Of a stretch of 62,594 bases of DNA, positions 53,271 to 62,594 are shown piece after piece; position 1 is the first letter of the stretch, and the number at the start of each line of letters is the position of its first letter. Below the pieces are notes generated by a model. That model made no database searches. It had not been told where the DNA came from and saw nothing but the letters and a program-made list of their open reading frames with translations. This DNA is from Girardia tigrina (lineage: Eukaryota), in assembly GCA_001938485.1 (NCBI GenBank), contig MQRK01245013.1, positions 1 through 62,594 on the forward strand, written 5' to 3'. The position numbers and the translations under genes are program-made.

Positions 53271-53495
53271 GGGCCTCCCATTTCTTTCAATGCTATTGAG
53301 CCTTAGGCTCTTTAGAGGGTCCACCCAAACTAAAGTCCTTAAGGCCCCCCCGATAGGCCTCCTACGAGGTCAGTGGCTTTCTGCCTCTGACCAGTCGGCT
53401 TTCCAGTGAAAATGACCAACCATGGAACTTGGTACCATAGCCATACATGCTTTTAGCTGTTACTGTAGACGCGTAACAACCGCGAAATGGCACTG
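53271..53495 (-). mobile_element. 5'-truncated copy of the RTE 3' end
   Basis: Reverse complement of about 626-853 (PFRGCYASTVTAK..FHG plus the 3' UTR). Confidence 0.9.
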
Positions 53496-54169
53496 AAATT
53501 TTCCTTTTGCCTTCAAGTCGGGTACGCATATCCTTCCATTGCAGAATTCTATTGCAGAAAATTGAAACTAAGATTAAAAGAATTCTCTTTGTGTTTCCAT
53601 AAATTTTAATATTTATAATAAAATTATACACATTATTTATTTATATACAGGATTCGGAAACCGTTTTGCTGGCCTGGGTCCAAGACAAAAAGAGCCGAGC
53701 ACTAAAAGCACACATAAAAGTAGAATTTATTAATTTCACACAACAACTACAAAAATTGATTTTATGCAATTAATTTTTAAAGGATTTTTCTTGCTTCCTT
53801 TTGGGTGAAGTCTTCAAGCGCTTTATCGTAATCCAGATGATTCTCCACCTCGATTTTAATAATAAAACTGCCAGAGGTTTAAAAAAGGCGAATACAATAT
53901 TTCTAGTTACACAGGTAATTAAATTTTTTACTAGCAAAGACGTTTTTCAATTCAAACTATTTAATATTCTTTATAAGATAAACAAGATTCATAATAATGA
54001 TAATATAGAACCAAGAAAGTTAAAATTTTGTATTTTTCAATTCATAATCCAGTTGAACCAACTACGCAGACATTATACTTCACAAATATATCTAATACCA
54101 ATCATAATACATCTAGATTAAAACATTTCAATATTTGGCTAAAATATAATAAAGATCATTTTAAGACAC

Positions 54170-55841
54170 TTAATTAAACATCAGATCTCGATAATCTCTC
54201 AACAGAGTCACGATGCTTGTAGTGTAGCTCGTGGTCGTCCTCACCACTCGGAACTTGTCAGCTCTTTCGAAATTTGATTTCACCATTTCATAATATTTTC
54301 CATCACTCAGAGTATACGTTTTTAAATGAGGGCATTTCAGCCTAAAATGATATTATTATGATATTACTATTATATTATTTTTATTATATTATTACACTGA
54401 TTAGGACTGTGTTCCTGGATTCTCTTACAGACATGACGTGAAGTCTCTCAAATGTATGTGACGTTACACCCATTACATGTATAGTGGCAAATGAAAATGA
54501 AGGTGGAAGTAACATTGCGGAACACAGAAGGAGAAATAAATTCATAACACTTAAAAATTCTGTGCACTCAATTTAAGAATTATTGGGAGAGAGTGACATG
54601 GGAAGCGTTATATAGGAAATCTTTGGATCCTAAAATTAACGTTCAAACTACACTATCTACAACTTTGTACGGAGTTTAAAATGATGTACTGATTACGTAT
54701 CGATTGCACAATCATTAACTGCACTATATAAGTAAATTTCATTTGAAAAATCATTTGTTCTGACGATGACGGTTAAACCGTCGAAATTAATACACTTTGA
54801 TTGGCTTCGAAAATTTTTTGTTTGATAGTTTGTCCATTTTATTCAAATTTATTCACAATTATGTAAAACAAAAAAATTTTAAATTTAAAATGTTAAGATT
54901 AATTTAAATCTAAATTTTTATTTTCTGTACAATCTCAGTCTGCGAATCGAAAATACTTTACAAAACAGAGTAGAAAATATTTTGTTCAACATAGCGATAA
55001 CAGACAGAATAAAGTCGATCTGTTCAACTTTCAGGCTAACAGAATGGATAGACTTACCGTTCAATAACCTGTAGCGTATAATATTTTCCGGCAGTGTGAG
55101 TGATTTGGTCAAATTTGGTTTGATTCAATGCTGAAAAACCATAGAGACGTCACTCCAGTAGTTGCACCACCATCTACTCTAACTGTATCACTTAGCCACA
55201 TTCCTTCTTTACTGAGAGGTTAGACCTAGATATCCTTCTCCACTGTATTTATATTAACACATTTTTGAGTGTCCAAGCCGGTTGTATCCGAAATGTCAAA
55301 TTTTGTTGTGAATTGTAGTAACCACTTCTTGGTTATGTTGCAGATGCGATAAATTTTTAACCATGTTGATTACACTTTGTTAACTACACTTGGCTGCACC
55401 TCTTTTTTAACTGTACAGGTAAGTTGTAAATGAACAACATTGAACAAAATTCGTCGATCGGATCATACCCTCCTACCACAGTCTTGGTCAGTTGTTTGAT
55501 TCCACCCGCTGAAACATCCAAACGATCACTCGGTGGAATTTTCTTTTTATCAAGCAGAAGGCATGCGTCAAATTTGTTCAAACGTTAAACTCAAAGAAAT
55601 TCACTTTTAAATTGCTTGGCATGTATTTGATAATCCAACCACAATGCCTTCCACATGTAATATGCCGACCTATCAACCTCAATGGTAAACTCAAATTCGT
55701 CGATTCTCCTTTGACATTCTCCTTACCATCGAATTTTTTGAGATTTTTATTACTTATATTACGTGAGCTGTTGATTTAATAATAAGATTTTTAAAAGTGA
55801 TTTATTTATTCCATTCTTTTTATTAACTTACTTTCTATATA

Positions 55842-55878
<37 letters not shown>

Positions 55879-58800
55879 ATGGTATTTAGAAACATATTTT
55901 TGAAAGCATTCTACTCAATCGATTTTCTTCAATCGTTGCGAAATTACTCATTCTCGATGACAATAAATGATTATGTAAAAAATTGATCGAAAAAACTTTT
56001 TACGATCCCAAAATGGGAAAAAAACGGAAAATTCGGAGTTCCCGAACAATATTAATTACAAGATATCTACTTATAAAATATAAGTAGTTTATATTAATTT
56101 TGAATGTGTTTTTTTAATTAAAATTTTTTAAATTTTAAAAACTTTGTTGGCAAAGTAGAGTTCTGTCTGTATAAAGAATGGATATAAAAAATTTAATTTT
56201 TTGAGTTACTAGTTTAAAATATTTTTTTTATTTAAACAAATATAATATCAAATATTTACTTACATTAAGATATTACAGTATTTATTATTACAATATTTTT
56301 TTCGTTGTTTAGTTTAATAACAATAGCAAATGTGTGACACGTGAAGCACTTGTTTTTTTCTTTTTTGCTTCGTAAAAATCATGCATTTTCATGCTGCGCA
56401 GAGCAATGTCATATTGAATATAGAGTATTTTAACCCCCAACAGTATCATTAAATAATGTATTAATATTTTACACAGAAAATAAATGAAATAATCTCCACA
56501 TTTCTATCTTTTCAATATTTCGCCTTCACAATTCGGCCCTATAATAAGTCTATATAGCAGATATAATATTGGTTTTGGCATCCAAATTCATTTTTTACCC
56601 ATCAAATTCATAATTTTTAATTTTCAATTCGTACTTTTACACATCGAATTCATTTTTTTCGAACTTCCAATTCATACTTCTAAAAAATAAAAAATTTTAA
56701 TTTTGAAAACATATGCTTACCTTCAATATATGTTCAAATAAAAACTTAAATAAAATTATTTTAAGATAATAATTCTCTTAATATCAGTGTAAATGAAATT
56801 ATGGAACTGAAATTCACTTTTTCACTGGGGTGTACCATTGGAGAATAAGGCAGGAGAAAAATTAAGTTCAATTAATTATATTGCATTAATAATGTACTTG
56901 TGTTAGCATCATTTAATCCATTAAATAGCCCCGAAGAAATAAAATCAAAATGTTTGAATTATGAGATGAGTTTGATATCGTTTCTTTACGTATAATTCCT
57001 TGAACATTTATTGCAGTTATGAATGATAAATTTCGTCCTCATAAAGTCGGAACAATCCTGTGTCCAGCAGTATTTACTCTTGATCTAGCTTTAGCAATGC
57101 GAAGGTGATAATTAAAACCGGACTCGTTAATAGGAATTATTTTCTTTCTTGTTTGCAGTGCGTTTTGGGAGCAGTTTAATGCATGTGGTATTCGTTGTAC
57201 AATTGTGCTGTCTAAATTTAGTTGATCAAAGTTGAGTGTAGCACATTCTAATGTAATTATTTATGACTTCAAAGCATTATTTACACAATTAGTACTAAAA
57301 CTAACATTGTCGGTTTCATAAATCTTGTTTTTGATATTTTTTTAGAGTTGAGTACATGTTTTGTTGGACAATATCTTCAATTTTCTGCAATATTACACAA
57401 ATTATTTTTACTTTTATTTTTCTACAGCGATTTTTATTTAATATTAAGTTGTTATCCTTTAAATATCGACTTATTATTGATGCAGCTATTTTTTATTTAT
57501 CTCTGCTATTTCCGCAAATTTGGCTTTAGTTTTAACTTCTTCATGAAGTTTAATAAATATTTTTCTTTGCTCTAAAGTGATTTTAGCATAAGGTGGCTAC
57601 GATGAATAAGTTTACCTGTTTGCTGTGATATATCCGAATCAATTGAAGATTTTGGTACAGGTAAATTTCTGTGACTATTTTCTCACTGCAATAAACTTGA
57701 TTTGTTGTACATTTGTGTTGTCAGAATTTAGTTGATCAAAGTTGAGTGTAGCACATTTCGATGTAATTATTTACATTGTATGACATATGTTAAGAGAACT
57801 CACATTTGACAGAACATTTATTACATTCACATTTCTTATCATCTTTATGATGATCAATAGTATTGCTTTCGCTTAGATCCATCAATCAATTTTCAATATC
57901 TCCCATTATAATCTGAACTATACTGGAGAAAATTATTTTATTAAAAAATATTTAATTTAAATTTTATTGGCTTAAATAAAATATTTCTATTGTCATTTTT
58001 AAACATTAATTTGATTTTAATTATTTAAAAATTTACAAAAATAAAATCAATAAAATTATTTAAAAGTTGCAATAATAAAAATTAAAAATTGGAATATTAA
58101 ATCTAAATTTAAATAAATTTGTTTCAGATTATAAGAATTAAAATATCGATCATCCATCTGGTTAGGAGAGGCACAATCGCAAATCAACACACAACATTTA
58201 AACATGCAAACACTACAAAAAACAATTATACACCCAATATTCCTCACAACTTATAAACATTCATTCTGTTTGTTACTTTAATTTATTTTAATTTAAACAA
58301 TTTTTAATTTTAACCAAATAATTTACTTTAAGATTGGTTTGATTCCGCGACAAAAATTGAGGCTAATCAAATGTTTTCAAAATAAAAATTTTTAATTTCT
58401 TATATGTATGAATTCTCAAAATTATGCATTTTATGGGTAAAAACTATAAAAATGTGACCAAAATCTCAAATGATAAAAATTTATGAAATTGTTGAGAAAA
58501 TTTCACATATTTTAAGATTTTAGTTTGACGGTGTAAATGTTGATCAAGTTTAGTTTATGTACGTTTATTTATTACTCTGTTGTTTCAGTAATTTCGTCCT
58601 ATTTCTAAAACGAACTGGTTTTCTTGATGACACTGGCAGAAAAGCGCAAAAGGGTTTTTACAATAGTAAGGTCCAAAATATTGAAAAACAATCTTACCGA
58701 ATATGATCAATAAACTTTCTACTTTTGTCGCTGAATCTAATAGTATCCGGATCCCACTGAATTTCTAAAGCTTCTAGATACGGACAGTGCTGAGCAAATC

Positions 58801-60718
58801 CTTGCACTATTTGATCTATATGAACTCTAGTGTTGTATTTGTAAAACCATCCATCAGCGGCTCCTAATACACATATTCTGTTCATGCATAATTCACTTAA
58901 ATTATCAATATATTAATACAAATTATACCGGATTTGTTTGAGATAATGAATAACATTTGTCCAGAAATATTCTGCCAAAGATGCTTTTCCCTGAAGCATT
59001 AACCCATGTAGCTGAGGTCCGTAATGACACAGAAATTTGAGCACTGGCGTCTCTGTCAGACTCGGGGTGTAACTGAGGTCGATTGCCCGAATTTGATTAA
59101 GATTGCCGTTCTCCATCATTCGTGCAAGAATCTTCAGAAAATATTTTACATTATAATAATATACAGATAATAATATTATTATATTTTATAATTATTAGAC
59201 ATACACGTATTATACATAGAAACTGTGGAAAATATTTTATTCCTTCTGACATTAGAGATATCATCAAAAAGTCAAAAGAATTCAGAATCCCTGGAGAAAT
59301 TAGAAAACATAAGAGAGAAGAAAAGAATAAAATCAGAACATAACATTTTAAATGAAACTTTTTTCGAAATGTTCGATATAAACATAACTTATATTAATAG
59401 ACTCATAAATAATTGTCTTCCCATTCTTCTCGCTACCTCTTTTGACATTTCTTAGTGTATTATTTTAAATAATTTATTTATCATTTTAATCTAATAAATA
59501 AATTTTAGAAGTTAAAAGAAACCAAAAAAAAATAAGAGATATTTTAAGAGATATTTATTGAGAAACTAAGTAAATAAAAGTGATGAACATTAAAACTTGA
59601 AAATATGAATATGTGTAGTAAACAATATGAATCATAAAAGGAAAGTAGGTAAAACGAAGTAGTAAAAAATCACAGAAAATCAAAGAAATAAAAGAGGGAG
59701 AGATCATTGACAAATCTAACTATAGGAATCCGAAATCCTGACAAAAGAGAGATTAAGTCTGAGAAATTAGAATTGAATCGTCACTTATGATGAAAATTTG
59801 GTCCAATATGACAATCTTCAACGTTCAGTAAACTGAATGGACATGAATGAAGCACCAAAATACAGTTCAAAGAAAAACATTTATCAAAAGAAGCTGATGG
59901 TGAGTGTTTGGTGGTCTACCATAGGTGTAATCCATTATGGCTTCATGAAACCTGGTTCATCGATCACAGCAGATGTCTGTTGCAACCAATTGAAAGATAC
60001 GCTGCGGAAACTCAAAGAAAAATAAGTCGAATCCATTCTTGCTCTACGACTTTCAAAAACCACATACTGCGCTTAAAATAGTGACAAAATTACAGGAACT
60101 TCTGCATCATCCTCCATACTCACCAGACGTAGCCACTTTTTGATAGGAAAAAAATTCAATTCCGAAGATGGCTTAAAATGACCTTTCAGAAATTAATAGA
60201 TTCTCACACACCAAAGTTTTATTCAAATGACGTCAATAAGTTGCTGCTCAAATAGCAAAAGTGTATCGCTAATATGGGTGCATACATTGATGAATGACAT
60301 AAATATTTGTTTTGGTAAATTATCAATAAACTTTGACTTTAGTTCATACTGGACGACGTAATTTATTTATCATCATAAAATGTAAAGGTTTTTATAATAT
60401 TTCTGTCATAATTTTCATATTAAAATCAAATATTCCTCTCTTAAAATGTTTTTCAATTTGAGGAAAAAGGATATTCTATTAATATTGGTATTATATTTGT
60501 GTATTAAATCAATTTCAGTTTAGATGATAATGAAGTATTTTAATAACTTACCTTGTCCGTGAAAAAGTCGCAGTGTCCAACTGCCAGATATTTCAGATGT
60601 TTGATCCTCACGAGAATGTCTTCCAGACAAGCGCTACTCAATTCAGTCGACGTTATATCTAGTTCTTCGATCTTCGCCTTCTCCCAATTGACCGCCACCA
60701 TATGACTATCTTGAAGTC
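54170..60718 (-). CDS. Leucine-rich repeat (F-box/RNI-like) protein, last four exons: 60552-60718, 58929-59131, 58698-58877, 54170-54341
   Basis: GT-AG junctions keep the frame. LRR motifs IEELDIT, LKYLAVGHC, IRAIDLSY, CPYLEALEI and CPHLKTYTL, ending RDLMFN-stop. The 5' exons are not found in the window. Confidence 0.88.
54400..54800 (+). mobile_element. Penelope pLTR remnant with hammerhead (54756-54795)
   Basis: Homologous to 16380-16720. CTGACGA-T-GACGGT taa ACCGTC-GAAA-TTAA-TA. Confidence 0.8.
54950..55760 (-). mobile_element. Degenerate piggyBac-like C-terminal fragments
   Basis: GGYDPID..CS..VQLKK, RLIGRH and KFDQITH-type motifs. Confidence 0.45.
59770..60361 (+). mobile_element. Degenerate mariner fragment inside the LRR gene intron
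   Basis: IVTYDE, KLMVSVWWSTIGVIHY, HPPYSPD. Confidence 0.85.
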
Positions 60719-61299
60719 CTGTGGGAATAGATCACATTAACAATCTCTGTTAGTAACCAGCAACACTTACTTTTGATCGGATAACATACTCTATGTTAAA
60801 ATATTTATGTTAAAATATTAGTTATCACATTATTTTGAAAAGTAACTTTATAAATAGTGGAGCTAATATGTCCTTAATGTGTAATGAAATTGTGATGAAT
60901 GTTTGGTATGATGTGTCGTATGTTGTAAAGTATGTTGTATCTCCCAAAAGTAATTGCCAAAATTATAATATAACTTTTAAATGGTTTAAAGAAATTTAAT
61001 TAAATTCAAGGGTAGTTAAATTTAATTAAAATGTATTAAATGAAAATAAAATAATGTTTGTTTTAATAATCGAATTCGGCAATCATTTTAAGAAGCATTC
61101 AATTGTGGACAATGTATCGAAGATTCAAAGATCCCAAATGCAAAAGAAGATCACAGATTTTAATCTTAATAATAAATGTTTGTCAAGCGAAATTCCGTCT
61201 TCTTCTAACAGACATAAAAGAGTGAAAAGATCAAAATGACATATTTAAACCAAAGTAAGTTTATTTTTTCAACCTACTTTCCCTCAATGTTTTTCCTCC

Positions 61300-62095
61300 A
61301 ATTTGAATAGTATCACAAGAAGTTTTTGTCATTGTTTATTTTTTTTGTCCTTCAGTTTTTAAAATTTTGTATAAGAGCACGAAAGGTGTTTCCATCTCTT
61401 ATCTTCCTTGAAGGTATGACAAAATAAATATCTTCTTTGACGCTTCGTATATAAGTGTAGCTGACAAATACAAAAGACTTAGCTAATTTAGTATAATCAA
61501 ATGTCTCATCCAACCTAATTGAATATTTAGGGTTTCTTTATTCCTTGTACGAAAGTGGTACAAAGTCATCCTTGTTGATTGAAGGAATTCATTTTGCTAC
61601 TGTGTTCTTCGATAAAGGTAGTATCCGAAATTCTTCCTTATTTCCTTCTAATTCTTTTGAGTTCTTCCATCTTCATAGCAACAGATAATACAATACCTTC
61701 TCCAATATTGTACAGCTTTTTATTTTAGCAATCAAGTATGAGACTATATTTGACGCGAGTAAATATTTTTCATTAACGACAACAAACATGTTTCTTTATT
61801 TGCAGATTGAAAGTCTTTCGAGATATTCTTTTGATGTAACGAAATTCTAAGTATTCATTTTATTCCAAATACCTTGTTGATTTTATGGTTTCATACTTTC
61901 CGTAGCCTAAATTTCACAGCAAATCATAACATCAGAATTTTTAAATAACATAAGATCAAATTGAGGAAAAGACCCAATATTCATTTTGCACCTTAACTGC
62001 ATGTTTTTAATTACTACTCCTTCTTAAAGGAACTTTGTAAGATCGTTTTCTGCGTCATTAACCCTTCTATCCTCCAACCATTTATCCATCCTGTT
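61300..62095 (-). mobile_element. Degenerate hAT (Charlie-like) fragment
   Basis: MDKWL, KYLLAS.IVSYLIAK, LPLSKNTVAK, SIRLDET. Confidence 0.65.
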
Positions 62096-62594
62096 ACATT
62101 AGTTCAGCTATATTCCCGTCTCGTCTGACAAACGCAGGACGAGAGGTGAGATTGGATAATCAAACTAGTGTTCTTGCTAAATCTTCAATGTTGTCATGAA
62201 ATACTTAGACTTTTCATTACGTAGTTTTTATAGCTCGACACTGTAAGCACTAAATAAATTGTAAGTATTTACAATTTTGTTGTAACAAATGTAATATAAA
62301 TTATTTATATTACTTTTTGACTTATGGTTTTATAAATTCATGTATCTAAATAATCTAAAGTAAAATGTTGCGACCCAAAGATTTCGTTCAGCGATCACAT
62401 CTAAGGTAACAACCATGGATGAAGTTACACTTCTCAAAATAAAGTATGTGCCTAAAAATCATAAACTGTGTGAAGGTCGGGCTCAATTTCAAAATTTTTG
62501 AAACAATTAATTTTTATAAAGAATTTCTAAAATAATTAAATATTTAAAATCAAAAGTTTTTAAAGTAATTTTAAGTTATATATATATATATATA

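Overview
This is AT-rich eukaryotic genomic DNA with assembly N-gaps. Spliceosomal introns, the TE spectrum and base composition suggest an invertebrate, possibly a planarian flatworm, but that is inference. Three host genes lie on the minus strand: exons 1-2 of a TLC-domain (TLCD-like) gene separated by a ~17 kb TE-filled intron, a BTB-BACK-Kelch gene, and the last four exons of an LRR (F-box/RNI-like) gene. The rest is mostly decayed transposons: RTE-like LINEs (one with a 5' HDV-like ribozyme fold), Penelope-like elements with minimal hammerhead ribozymes, mariner/Tc1/IS630, piggyBac, hAT, Gypsy fragments, solo LTRs and MITEs. The most unusual signal is three separate mosaics of decayed host-gene fragments: bHLH + claudin-like (2.1-3.5 kb), an abLIM-like LIM piece (33.7-34.9 kb), and TRMT13 + STIP1 with the promoter between them (39.6-41.1 kb). 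Each abuts a diverged copy of the same GC-rich hairpin-bearing motif, on the same side. This suggests a gene- and promoter-capturing mobile element family. All alignments and translations were done by eye.
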